From positions 1,810,946-1,872,840 of the forward strand of contig JAHDYR010000012.1 in NCBI GenBank assembly GCA_019828565.1: DNA of 61,895 bases. Reading direction: 5' to 3'. Positions 44,772 through 57,460 of the stretch are shown in pieces. Position 1 is the stretch's first letter. Every line of letters starts with the position of its first letter. Origin of the DNA: Carpediemonas membranifera BICM (Eukaryota > Protista > Fornicata). The translations under genes and the position numbers were made by a program. The notes under the pieces are model-generated. The model worked only from the letters and a program-made list of their open reading frames with translations. It was not told the origin of the DNA and did no database searches.

Positions 44772-47700
44772 ATGCTGAAGAAATCCGATCCCCCGTTGCT
44801 GAAGTCGCCAGATCTGAACGAACTGTTCATCTTTGTGGACAAGTTCAACGATTACCGCGCCTTAGGGGGCAAGCGAGACATTGAGAAGCTAATCGACAGC
44901 GAGGTTCGGGAGATGGTGACAGCAATCCTACCAGCGGACGATCTTGACGACGCGGAGGAAGAGATCCCTCTCCTCCTTAATCAACATCATCGTGCCGCTC
45001 GCTCCAGAGCCCAGAAGGACCTCAAGATCATCAAGCGCCTAGGACGCGCTCTCAGACCTACTCAAGAAGTCAACAAGCTCCGTCTCTTTAGAATCACCGC
45101 CAAGGACTTCTCCCCTATCGAAGTTGCTCGAGTCAACAAGAAGTTCCGTATTACCATGGCAGTCGTCCAACCCGAGTTCCCCCTCGAGACACTACGCGAC
45201 ATATACGTTCGTTGTTTCAAGTTCGGATCCAACCAGACGATGTACCGCATCAAGGAGGTGATCCAGGACATGTCGCTAGAAGATGCCATGCCGCGCGTTC
45301 TAGCCCTATCCAGAACAGTCCAAGAGAGCACCGCGATCGCCAACGCGTTCCAGGACAAGCCGTCCAACGCCGAGCACCACCACACGAGCCGTAACTCCCA
45401 CCGACGCAACGATCGCAAGCCTCAGTCACGTCCCACCGAAGACCGTTCGCATGCTACCAGACCTGAACACGCGTCGACTAAGCCTATCGACAAGAAGGGC
45501 AGACGTGATCATTCACAGTTCACTTGCTATAACTGTGGTGGTAAGGGTCACGCCGTCTACGAGTGTAAGAAGCCCAAGAACAAGTGTCAGAAGTGCGGGA
45601 AGAGCGGACACCTTGACAGGTTCTGTAAATCCCCACAGTACTTGTCCTTGTTCTCGATGACTTCACACAAACGCAAAGATAGCCTACCTCTGTGCAAAGT
45701 TAAGGTCGAGGGTCGAGACGTCGTTGCCTTGATTGATTCGGGAGCCAACTGCTCCACTATATCCCCCAAGCTGACCAAGGGTATGACGCGTATATCAGAT
45801 GAAGAGCGAAGCGTGCGTACAGCCAAGGGAACTATACAGTCCCAAGGTTCCGTGCAAGGGAACATCAAACTCATGCCGTCAGCCTTTACACCTAAGGCAG
45901 TGTCCTTCAAGCCGGAGTTGATTGTGCTAGATACTGAGTTCGACGTCGTCCTGGGGTACCCCCACCTTGTCGAGCTGGGAATCCTCCCCGACGTGAACGT
46001 AGAGTCAGGGGAATACTCGGACGAAGTCCAGGTCCCCGAAGCTTTCAAGCACAACGCTGCCATCTTTAGTCTATCCGACCAGTCGACCAAGAGTCAAGCC
46101 GAACTGATCAAGAGGTTCTCCGATCTATTCCAAGACCGGGACGAACCTAGCAGGCTAGAGCCGTACGACCTCGTTCTGAAGGACGATCGGGTCGTGAACG
46201 CCAGACCTTACTATGTACCCCCAGCGAAGATACACGTCGTGAGAGAGCACATCGACACGCTGCTAGCCAAGAAATATATCGAGGCCTGCCAGTCACAATA
46301 CGCTTCCCCAGCTATGACTGTGCCTAAGAAGGGAGGCAAGTCGCGTTTCGTAGTCGATTTCCGCCGTATTAACGAGCTTACTGAGCCGTTCGACTACCCC
46401 ATCCCTCGTATCGACGAGGTGCTGTCACAGCTCGCAGGACAGAAGATCTTCGCGACTCTAGACCTGTCGTCCGGGTACCACCAGATCCCTTTGACAGAAC
46501 GATCAAGACCCCTGACTGCATTTACCACCGTACTAGGGCAGTATCAATACCGACGGATGCCTTTCGGGCTGCGCAACGCAGGAGCTCACTTCCAGAAGGC
46601 CATGGAGCGCGCCTTCGCCGGGCTCGTGGGCAGCTCATGTTACATTTACATCGACGATATTATTGTCTTCGGCAGCGACGAGGCCGAATATCTCGCGAAC
46701 CTCGAAAGAGTCCTGGACCGTGCGCGTAAGGTCAAGCTCCAGCTCAATCGCGAGAAATGCCAATTCGGCAGGCAGGAGGTCGAGTTCTTAGGTTGGGTTG
46801 TCAATGATGGGCAGGTGAGAATCGCACCCAGCCGTGTAGACGACATCGCAAATCTCCAGATGCCGACATCCATCAAGGGCATGCAGGGCCTAGTAGGATT
46901 CCTCAACTATTTCCGGGATCACATCCCCCATTTTGCGGAAATCGGACACCCGTTAATCAAAGCTATGTCCGGTCACACAAGTCTCGGCCTGACCGCCCAG
47001 CAGGAGGCCCTCGATAAGCTCAAGCAGAGCCTTACCTCCGCTGACGCCCTAGCAATTTTCGACGCCACGAAGGAGCATTCTATAATGACCGACGCCTCGG
47101 GAGTGGGGTACGGCGCAGTCCTATTGCAAGAGGGCAAGCCTGTCTGTTACATGTCGAAGGCCTTCAACGCCACACAGTCTCGTTGGTCAACGATTGAGAA
47201 GGAGGCGTACGCCATTGTGGCGGCCTTGCAGCGCTGGCGCAAGTTCCTTGCCTGGGGACCTTTCTCCATACTCACTGACCACCGAAACCTTACCTTCATG
47301 TACCGTAGCATCAACCCGAAAGTCAGGAGGTGGGCCGATGCCATTTCCGACTTGGACTTTGAGATTAAGCACGTCGCCGGCCTGGACAATGGAGCCGCAG
47401 ATGGTCTGTCCCGTGTGTTTACTATGTTCACTCGCAAAGCTACGACCGATGAGATTGAAGAAGCACACACCACCGCCGGCGCCCATCTATCTCGACGACT
47501 AACGACCGAGAAGCTTAGAGCCGAAGGGTTGTCGGTGTCGAGAGCCGCAGTCGACCAGGTGATTGCAGCTTGCCCGGTGTGCCAAGTCCTCGAGAGACCC
47601 CACGTCGATACACCGGATGGTCTGCATACCGCCGTTGATGAACCGTTTAAGCGAGTAGCCATCGACACCTTAGGTCCGTTCCCCAAGTCGCAGGGGTTCA

Positions 47701-48706
47701 CGCACATCTCCGTCATCATAGATATGTGTAGTAGGTGGACCGAGTTGGTTCCAGTTACAGGTACGACTGCGCAAGCCGCAGTTACGGCGTTCGTTAATAA
47801 CTGGGTCTTACGCTATGGCTGCCCCGAGGTCTTACAGACTGACGGCGGGCCCGAGTTTAACAATCAGCTCATGAAGTCCCTGGCCGACGAGATGGGTTTC
47901 CACACCCATGTTACGACTCCACATCACCCGCAATCTAATGGCATCGTCGAACGGGCCAACAGTGGAGTTCTCAAAATCTTGAAGGCCAGAAAGTTCCATT
48001 TCCGGGACGCGGACTGGGTCAAGCACTTACCTGTCGCACAATTTATCGTCAATTCGACGCCCAGGATACCCACTCACCTCTCACCATCCGAGATCATACT
48101 AGGTGTCAACATCAGATCCCGAACGAGATCATCATCTGCACCCACTCGACTAGCGCCAGAATACAGGACAGACGCGCGGCGGCTGGCCAAGCCATCCAGC
48201 TAGCGAAGACTAGAATTCAGGCAATGAGAGAGGACGCTCTCGCAAACGCCGCATCGTCACGTCAGGAGTTACTGTGCCGGTTCGTGTTGGTCAAGTACCC
48301 AGCCAGACCTCCCAACAAGCTGATGCCAGGATGGCGAGGGCCCATGCGACGGGTCAGTGCGGTTAAGCAAGATGGCGTGACGGTCGCCTATGAAGTTCAG
48401 GACCTCAACCAGGGAAGCCAAGGCAAGATATTGAAGGTCGACGCCTCGCGCGTACGCAGATTTAACCCTGGCAATCTATCCGAGCGAGAGATCAAGGACT
48501 TGGCCGCCACGGCGAACGATGAGTGGGAAGTGGACCGTATTTCCAAATCGCGAGGGAACGGAACACGAACCAAACGCGAATACCGCGTTCACTGGTCTGG
48601 TTTCGAGGACGAGGAGGCGACATGGCAGGATTGGGACTCCGTCAAGGACCTGGAAGCATTAGATATATATTTGAAGTCTGACCAAGCCAAACTGGACGGT
48701 CTATAA
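44772..48706 (+). CDS. Gypsy-4 Gag-Pol (frame break near 48.1-48.2 kb) ending in a canonical chromodomain
   Basis: Two CCHC knuckles; LIDSGA; YIDD; TDAS; TDGG; NGIVER; WRGPM; EWEVDRI..YRVHWSGF..ATWQ. Confidence 0.95.
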
Positions 48707-48748
48707 ATCTTCACCACATCTAATCGCTCCAGCGTCAAGTCATCAGAT

Positions 48749-49829
48749 TTATTCGTCGTCCGACTCCTCGGTATCGGTCAGCTCGACCAACCAAGACGCG
48801 TCAGCGTGGCGCTCAAGATCGTGCTCAGCAAGATAGTCGCGCACACAACGGACGAGACAGAGATCGGCGTTCAGCCAGACGATGCTGAGGCCAGAGTAAC
48901 CCTCATACTGGAGTATGAGAGCGAAGGTCCCAGGTCCACGAGTCGTTTTGAGGAATTCATGACGGACAACACACGTCACGGTGTAGTAACGGTCCGGGTC
49001 CGAGACCTGAATAGGCTCCCAGTGGACCTCGTCACCGATCGCAGGCAGGTGACCCTCGCGACACAGCTCGTCGACCAGGGTCGCCCAGAAGGCGCTGGGA
49101 GCTGAGATGCAGCGGCTGATCCCGAAGAGTGCCACTCGGAAGTAATCGGGCGAGAGGACGAGGATCAGCAGGCGGTTGAGGTATCCGCGAGCCGTGGTAT
49201 CCGACGTGACACCGGCAGCAGCGCGAACTGCGGCCACGAGCCCGGCAGAGTAGCGCCCACTACCGGTCAGGCTGATGTCGCCACTCCGGAGGGCTGCTGA
49301 GACGATATCGCCATCAGTGAGCGTCGGGCACAGCTTGATCTTGAGGTGGGTCACCACCCCAGCGAGAGCGAACTGGCAGTAAGCCACGAGGTTAAGAATC
49401 TGGCGAGACTTCTTAACATCGGTGACTACCGCGGCGTCGTGGAGGCGACCCTGCTCAATGGCGTCGAAGATACGCTGAAGAGGCATTTCAATCGAGTTGC
49501 TGTAGCCATTCAGGCGCCGGGAGACCTCAGCTCTGATGTCGCGGGGAAGATTCATAGATGCCGTCACGGGTCGAGTAACACGCTCTGCGGCTTGTACACG
49601 GTGCCTGGATGAGTGGTTGATTGATATTTGTTACTTACAGGTTACCGGAGGCCAAGCGCTTGCGCTGAGTACGTGTTTGAGCACGAAGAGAACGACAGAC
49701 GGCGGAATGAGCGGAAACAAGAGGCTTAGTGAGTTCCTCGTCACCAATTTCGGCGATTTTAGCGCGAATAGTATCCAGAATTGCTTCTACGGCGGCGTTG
49801 TCCGACATCAACTGAGTTGACGGCGACAT
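48749..49829 (-). CDS. Spliced antisense accessory gene of Gypsy-4 (348 aa; intron 49605-49638) with C-terminal chromo-like domain
   Basis: Removing the 34-nt GTAAGT..CTCAT.CCAG intron fuses the two ORFs in frame; C-terminus YYTVTCVVRH..LILQYEGY..IVWL..VRDYL. Confidence 0.75.
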
Positions 49830-52501
49830 ATTCTGCACTTTTGGAACAATCGGTTTCAGGACGAAACCTAGAGCAGTAATAGGACGCCAAATCAAGCTAA
49901 TTCATCTATTTACTAAGCGCTGTAGCCTATTAGCTCCATCGGAAGCCGATTGATGTTGTTAATGAAGTACGAGCGCGCCAGGAAAAATGAAAGGCCCAAA
50001 ACTCGCCAACGAAGGCCTTTTTGGAACCTCTTAATGCCTTTTTTCGGCGTCTGCGTAAGTTTCAGCGCAAATGGTACAGTACTTCTTCTTATTCTTCTAG
50101 ACGCCGAGATCAACCCTCGAATTACTTAGAAGCATGCGTAACACGTAATATTTTTCGAGACACGGCCATATGAGGCCGTGGAGGGGCAGGGATAAGCCTC
50201 TATGAATACGGGCGAACCCTAGCCGTCCGTTTGACTGTCATTGACGTCGGTAAGTTCGGACCCTATATGCGGTTCATGAGGGCGGCGAAGCCCTGGTAAG
50301 ACCATCTTAACACGTAACATAGCAATTGCTTACACAGTGGATCCACGTTATCATATACAGCTGTCGGGTTTTATTCCCATGTCACCGTTGGTGATACCAT
50401 AATTCCGTATCGGAAGACCGCGGGTCGGGCGTTGCCCACTCCACTGCCAATGGAGTAGACCGTTGCATAGCTTGGGTGGCACCAAACTATAACACGGATG
50501 ACCCTAGGCCAACCTAACCCCCGTAACTCGTTGAGTGTCATGCCTATTACCCAGGCATGGAGGGGCAGTGTGGTGGTCATAGACCACACTAATCATTTAT
50601 ACAGTTTAAGCCATTTATTGGCACAAGGGTTTTCTCTTCTTCTTTCCCTATAAAAGCATTCTCCGCATTAGCGAGGCACAGGCTCGAGGCAGCGCCAAAA
50701 CTCAAAGCCCGCGAGCAGAGAACGGGAGAAGTGGCCGAAGTGGGCGCCATCGCGGCAAGACCGAATCTCCGCAATGTACTGCCGCACGAAGCAGCGGACC
50801 TCGTAGTCGGAGAGCAGGTCCTGGCACTGGCCAACCAGAAGAAGCTGGTATGTGGCCGGGTCGTGGCCGAGCATGATGGCCCGCTCGAGGTGGGGGCGCA
50901 TGACGGTGCGACCAAGGCCGGAGATACGAGAAATCTGCTCGCCGAGCGCGGCGGGACAGAGGGTCGGCACCGACGCATCCAGGCGGCCGAGGAAAGCAGC
51001 GATAATCTCGCTATCCGACGGGTCGGAACTGTCGGTGGTCATTGAGACCCGGAGACTGCGAAGGTGCCGCGAAATGGCTAGCAACACCAAGCCGTCACGG
51101 GACAGGTCACGAAGAGCGTGATGCGACCGCTCACTAGTGGTCAGATGACCGTATCGCGACAGCCGGCCGCGCACAAGTGCTCGTAGCTCTGCTCTAACGT
51201 CAGCACTAACGTAGGAGATCGCGGTGGCCTGCACACGGGAGACCATCTCGGACAGCTGGGGTTCGGCCTCGACGGGGTCGTTAGGCGCGGTAGCCTCGGC
51301 CTGCACGGGTGCCTCCGTCTCCTCGGGCGTAGGGTGAGGCTCATCATCCTCAGCGGCGGCGTCATCAGCTTCGTCGGCGCTGGATCCGGCGTCCTCGGTG
51401 CTGGGCGCAGGCGGCAAGTCTCCAGCAGGAGCAGACGGTGAGGTAGCATCGTCGGATGTGACAGAGGCGGGTGCGGGAGCGAACACGGCACGGTAGGTAC
51501 GTTGCCGGTTCGGAAGCTGGTCTTCTTGCACATGCTTGTCGAGAAGCCGCTTGAACGCGGTCCGAGCGCGTGACGTAGTGAAAAACGGCAGCAAATGCCT
51601 TACTAGCTCGTCAAAGTTGCTCATTCGTGTAGATCGCTCTGTCACTCGAAGTGACAGCACGCGATCAATGGAAAACAAAGAAGAAGAACAAAACGGAGCG
51701 GATCTACAGGCCAATAGGCACACAATTGACGCGGATGATGTTGATTACTTATGGCGGGTGGCTTAAGGCCAAGCTCGCATGGCGAAGAGGCACGGAAAAT
51801 TACAGAAGCCAGAACTCGCGATTGAGACCTCGTTGAGGCCTCTAGAGGCCTTTTTTGGGCCTTTGATGTTGTTATTATCTATGAATGCAGCTCCTGGAGC
51901 TGATAATGGTGGTTAATTGCAAAGTGGCCAAGGATTTACGTCCCTGATTTACGCTCATGTAAGTTTTCCAATTGAGACTGGAAACGCCCAGGACAGTGTG
52001 TGAGACACACTTGGCTGTTGCGAAGTGGCACAAGTGGCCGTTTAGTCGGAGATAGCGACTAGAGATTTTAGACAGAGTTGGTGTGAGTTACCCACTAACT
52101 TAGCAGCGCTGCAGATCATGATAACTCTTGCTTGATTGCTTGATAGCTCTTGACCCGAAGGCTGCAAGGATGTGCGCCGGTGCTAGCCACACCGGGTTGG
52201 GCGATGCTTGGCCGCTGACCCTAGTAGCACATGCCTCGCGAGCATGGAGGGGTAGAGAGGTGCACTTACACAGGACACGACACATGCAAGGACAGTAGAC
52301 CCGACGGGGTCCAGGAGAAATGACGATAACCCAGCGGGCAGTCCGGTCGACTGCCGATGGGTCCCCATGATGCTCGCCGAGCATGTGGGCCAGAGCCTGC
52401 CTGGCGAGACAGAGGCAGGTAGTCTGGAGCTGACAGGCTGCTTATCAGCGGTAGGGTCGGCCTGGCCGAGCACGCGATGCCCCGCCAGCGACATTGGTCG
52501 C

Positions 52502-55500
52502 GAAAGAAAGAAAGAAAGAAAGAATTTAATGTGTCCTGCTACTCGTCCTGCTGTGTAAGCTGAATGTCACAGTTTGTGTCACCCCTTCGAGGAACGCCTA
52601 AGCGTGTTGGTACCTCTACAGAGCACACCTAACACTTCCTAAGAGGGCGTGAACAACGGCCGTCAAGGCCTAGCTGGTACGCTAGAGGGATCCTATACAT
52701 GGCCACATTAATACCCCCAAAGTTAGGCTAACCCAGGTCTTACTCTTAGGGGCCCTTTGGGTCCCAGGTCTGCCTGGCACCTACAAAGCCTTGCCCTGCA
52801 CGCTGCTGTCAGGGACCTTCCGTACGTTTCCCCTCTCCCCCGGGTCCCCTAGGGAGGTCCTGGAGTTTCCTCGACCCGCTCGCCATGTTTCAGGCACCCG
52901 CCAGGGCGGGGTCGGGTCTAGAGTTCGCCGTACCAGCTGGGCCGGGTTAGGAACCCACCGACGCCGCGTAGGTAGACTTCCACGGACTTGCCGGCTGCGT
53001 TCGGGCTCATCTAGCGCTGTCCGATTTCACTCCAGGTTCCCATTATCGGGGGGAGCTCCCAGGGGCGGTTGCCACGTCTTCCAGTGTTCCTGGCTAGGCG
53101 CCGGGCCACATCAGGATGGCCCTGCCTTCCCGGCAGGTTACCGACGGAGTGGGTAGCTTCTTGCGTCATCCAGTACCTCCGCCAGTCTGCCATGCATCAT
53201 CCTCCTGGTGCGCCCCCACTGTGTGGGGAGGGGGTACCCCTTGCGCGCCGGAGGGATGCGCCGGACTGCTTGTCCGGACGCTTGCGCCCTACTGGCCCAG
53301 CTGTTTTGCCAGGCCTTCCCTATTTCGTGCTTGTTGTATGCGGTTGTCCCTTAGTGGTCCTTTGCAGCCTTCCCTCCGCCTGGCGCTACCGGAACATGTG
53401 GTGTTGTCCTCATTGGTTCCAGGCCCGCTGCGCTTGGGGTCGGTGCTCGGGCCACCTTTCCAGGCCGCCCTGTGGGTTGGGCCTGTCCCCTCTTGGTGGT
53501 GGGGGAGTTGTTTCAAGTGTGATGCAGGCATCAGAGTGCTCCCCTTGCTGCGTGGGTTGGGTTGGGTGTGCGGCCGGGCGCTACCGGAACATGTGGGGGG
53601 AAAACACCTCCCGCCGGTTCCAGGAATGTTCCGCCCTGTGCCTTGTCTTCACCCAGGGCTTTCCTCCTAGGGGTCTGGGCCTGTTCTGAGGTTCATGAGG
53701 GCCTTTTTCCCGCATAATAGACCCTCTTTCACTGTTTCATCCTCCTGTTGCAGTAGCCAGTGGAGCTCCAATATGGCCCTGGAGTTATACCACTCCCCAT
53801 CTGGGCCGTGCCGCAGCCTACTTGCCATGGTGTGTGTTGCCGCAGCTTCCCAGCACTGCTCCCACCCACTTGGGCGGCCGACGCCCTGGCACTCCGCTAT
53901 GATGTGGCTTTGTGTTCCTAGCGGTTGGTCTTCCAGCCACCCGGCTACTGCCACTAGCGCCTGCGCCTGGGGGGGGGTATAGTTGGAGGTAGTTGATCAA
54001 TTCGCGTTCGGCTGCGAGTGTGCATATCGGGCATATTCTTTGGATACGGTCGCAGAGCATTTCCTGCCCGGGGTACCTCCTGCTTATGATGAGCGCGGCT
54101 CCTCGAGTTGTGTGGCTGTTGCTAGCGGAGGGGAGCGTGTTGGAGGCTGTTGCAACTACCCTCTTCAGCTCCCCTCCTGAGCATCATCTCCCCTCTGATA
54201 ATCTTTGGTTTCTTGGGTGCTCTCCCGCCTGCCATTGTTTGCATTGCCTCCGCAGCTAGCACTTCGGCGGCCGCCTTGGCTGTTCGGCTACCTTTGGTGG
54301 CGATGTCTCGTGCTGTCATCTTCCATCCCCCGGCTATTGCTCTGGGTCTGGGTCCGTGAAGGTCGCTAGGGGCCAGATCTAGTACATTGTCTGCCCACTT
54401 GTTCAGCTTTCCGATAACGGACTTGGGGTTCGCTCTTCCCCAGTCGAAGTCCGCTAGGGGCGATGGGCGGTCAGGGTCCCGGGCCGATTCGCGGATTCTA
54501 ACCGCTCTTACACCCATGTCCGCTTCCCAGCACATCCATCCCATCATCAGGCGGGCGACACCCCCTCCACCGGGTCCGGTTCCCGCCATGAGTCCTCGCC
54601 AGTCGTTCCAAAGCCTTCTGCCTCCTGGGACTTGGCCCCAGATTTCGATTCCGAATTCGATCTTTGGCCATAGGAAGGTGCGGAGGATGGACTCGGAAAC
54701 AGCCGCGGGCGTGGAGCCTTTAGTCCATCCCACTCTCCGGGCGAGGGCGATGTACTTGTTCGACTGTTCTCTTTTCTTTGCGATGCATGCGCTGAGCGGA
54801 TGAGGGCCACTTGCTATCCAGAGTCCCAAGTATCGGCCTGACTCCGCTGCTCGGGTGGCCTCCCCTTGAATTCGCACTTCCGCATTTGGATTGGTACTTA
54901 TGACGATGTTCTTTCCTGGGCTGATACACAGCTTGTGTGCCACTATCACTTCCACCATTGCGGCGGTGAGGGACTCCGCATCATTTTCTTTCTTTGCCGA
55001 GATGCTCGTTTCATCTACGAACATTGCTATGATGCCATTCCCGGGTCTGTGGTGGGTGGGGGGAAGCTTCGGGTCTGTTATCTCGCCGTACTGTATTCTG
55101 AGTGACGCCTGGCTAATCCAGTTGGCCGTAAATAGTATGAATAGGGTGGGGGCGACCACGCAACCTTGCTTGACTCCTAGGTTCGTTTCGGACCATAGGT
55201 CGGATCCCCTTACCGCAATGTAGGTCCTCTCCATTGTGCTTTGTACTGCTCTGACTAGGTGGGGGTGTACACCCATATTGATCAGCTTGCTGACTAGGAT
55301 GTCCCTGGGAACCGTGTCGTACGCCTTTGCAATGTCGAGCAGCACGCTGGTCCGGTCTCCTTCTTGGTGCAGTTGGGTTAGGAGGGCGATGTGGTCTATG
55401 ACTGTCTTTCCCTTCATGAAGCCGATCTGCTCTCTGGGGGTGTGCCTCTCAACTGTTGGTTTGAGCCTCCATTTGAGTACCTTCCCATATGCTCGGTAGA

Positions 55501-55580
55501 GGAGGGGGGTGAGTGAGATGGGTCGGTAGGATCCTGGCAGTAGCTTATCTTTCCCTACTTTGTGTATCGGGGAGATCATA
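52502..55580 (-). mobile_element. LINE-B: 3' half of a relative of LINE-A (RT, CCHC, ~1.1-kb 3' UTR, (CTTT)n tail)
   Basis: RT 55579-54122 aligns closely with LINE-A RT (SPIHKVGKDKL, LDIAKAYDTVPRD, GVKQGCVVAPTLF); cut mid-RT at ~55580 with no TSD match. Confidence 0.92.
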
Positions 55581-56097
55581 CTGTCCAGGGTTCAGGAATT
55601 TCCCTTATTGGGTAGGGGAAAGCTAAGAAAAGAACCTCGGGCTTTCCCCCGAGGAAATTCCCTAGCATTTCGACTCGGTAAGAAAAAAAATAAATCAACA
55701 ACGAGCTGTATTCATAATCTATAAATGAGGTTGAATACATGCCTACACATGAGGACTACTCATGCGTAGTTTTGAGCTTTAAATCCTGCTAGAAAAAAGT
55801 AACATAGGGACAATTATTCCTTGGGAGTTCAGACTCAAAAATCGGGCTGGGGGGAGGAAATGGTCCATAAGTACGCCTTATGGGTCGCTTCCTCCTCTCT
55901 GCCCTTTTTTTATTGACTTCTGATTTGCCAGATTTGACACATGTTCGAGGTGAGTCTTAGATTACTCAAAATGGCCTCCTGATTCAGCAGATAGACTCAA
56001 AATTTCACAATTCGTACTCAAAATTTCAACAGACGTCTGTTGCAAAATCTGCCAAAAACGCACTTTAAAGTCATTTTTGCAACAGACGTCTGTGGAA

Positions 56098-57350
56098 ATG
56101 GTCTTTAAGCTCTCCGCTGCCGATTTGACGCAACTACACAAGACTAACTACAGTAATACGTACATTGCCGACATTAGCGGGGTCAAAACTGTCGTCAAGG
56201 TCGATAACTGTATGACACTTCGCCTGACACACGAAAAGACGATACTTCAGGCAATGAAAAGCCCATTTATTGTTACAATCGTCGATGTGGGCTTTGTTGA
56301 CAGCGATCAAGCGTTTGCCACTCGCTTTGTTGACCATATGTCGTGGCGAGACGTTCTGGCACTACCAGTACCGGATCAATGTCGCTACTTGCGGCACTTA
56401 CTGTTAGCTCTCAGCCATGTGCATGAGAATGGATTCATCCACGGCGACATCAAGCCCGACAACTACCTTTTCAACCGAGAAGACGGTGGATTACTCATTG
56501 ACTTCGGCTCTGCCATCAAAATAGAGGCTCCTACTGGGATTAACAGGTATATGGGACAAGACATGAGAGGGACACCTGGTTTTATCCCCCCGAGCTTCGT
56601 GCCGACGAACTCAGTCGGAAATCGAAGCATTGTACAGTAGCTATGCGGGAACCACAGAATTTGAACCCCTTCCAGGCTTCCAGGAACACCACAACCAGAA
56701 ACACCAACATGCACACAGTTGATGCGGCATACGACATCTTTTCCTGCGGCGTTATCGTCCTCATGATGGCATTGCGACTGGATAAGTCTCCATTTCGATC
56801 TGTGAGAGTGGATGGTGGCAAGCCAAGTAACCCAGACGAGCATATTGGCGCTCTATATAACATGGCGTACTTCTACGGCCGCGAAATCACGATACACAGC
56901 AAGAAGAAGAATGCAGCCCGTGGTTTGATGATCAATCCGACTCTCTGCACGAGAGGAAGCCCTCCGACACAGTATAGGAGCCTTTATGACCTTGCAATGG
57001 GGATGCTCAGCTATAATCCGGAGGATAGACCAACAGCTTTGATGTGCGCTGAACATCTCAACGATATCGCCGCCCTAGCAGCAACGTTCGCATCAACACC
57101 ACTGATGATCAACGACCAGGTGACAATCTCTCAGGAAACGCTCGCTGCCGCCAAACTCACCGTTGAAGCACTTCGAGAAACCCGATTTGCTGGCCGATGC
57201 ATTGCATGTGGCATGCCGGTTCACGATAATCGAACAATAACTTGCAAGACACACCACCAAGATTACAGAAGCATCATGAACCCCCACACAAAGAGAAGAG
57301 GACGAGTTTGGAGGGTTCATCGTGATCTATCATTGATTATTGATATGTAA
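56098..57350 (+). CDS. Ser/Thr protein kinase, Cdc7-like, with C-terminal Cys/His motif (1-nt frameshift in the C-run near 56586-56591)
   Basis: VVK, HGDIKPDNYL, LIDFGSA, GTPGFIPP(E), DIFSCG, PEDRPTA; CIAC..C..HH. Confidence 0.85.
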
Positions 57351-57460
57351 CCGCCCAGTATCGAATCACCTCACTACCATGGGATGATCGCATTCACCTT
57401 CAAAGAAAGAGATGAGGCCGCATACTCGACCAGATATAAAGGAGATATGCTGCAGCCTTG

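Larger units (their letters stand above)
44640..50680 (+). mobile_element. Complete Ty3/gypsy chromovirus (Gypsy-4) with a 1.9-kb extra 3' region
   Basis: Identical 112-bp LTRs at 44640-44751 and 50569-50680; TSD GGCT; PPT GGAGGGGCAG. Confidence 0.97.
44320..51624 (-). pseudogene. Antisense accessory gene of Gypsy-5 (~419 aa; 51624-50681 plus 44635-44320), split by Gypsy-4, with C-terminal chromo-like domain
   Basis: Joins in frame across the GGCT TSD (..FWRCLEP|GASPG..); C-terminus YTPSRVLGHRLDGRTLRLLMTYE..MDRVKPFF. Confidence 0.75.
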
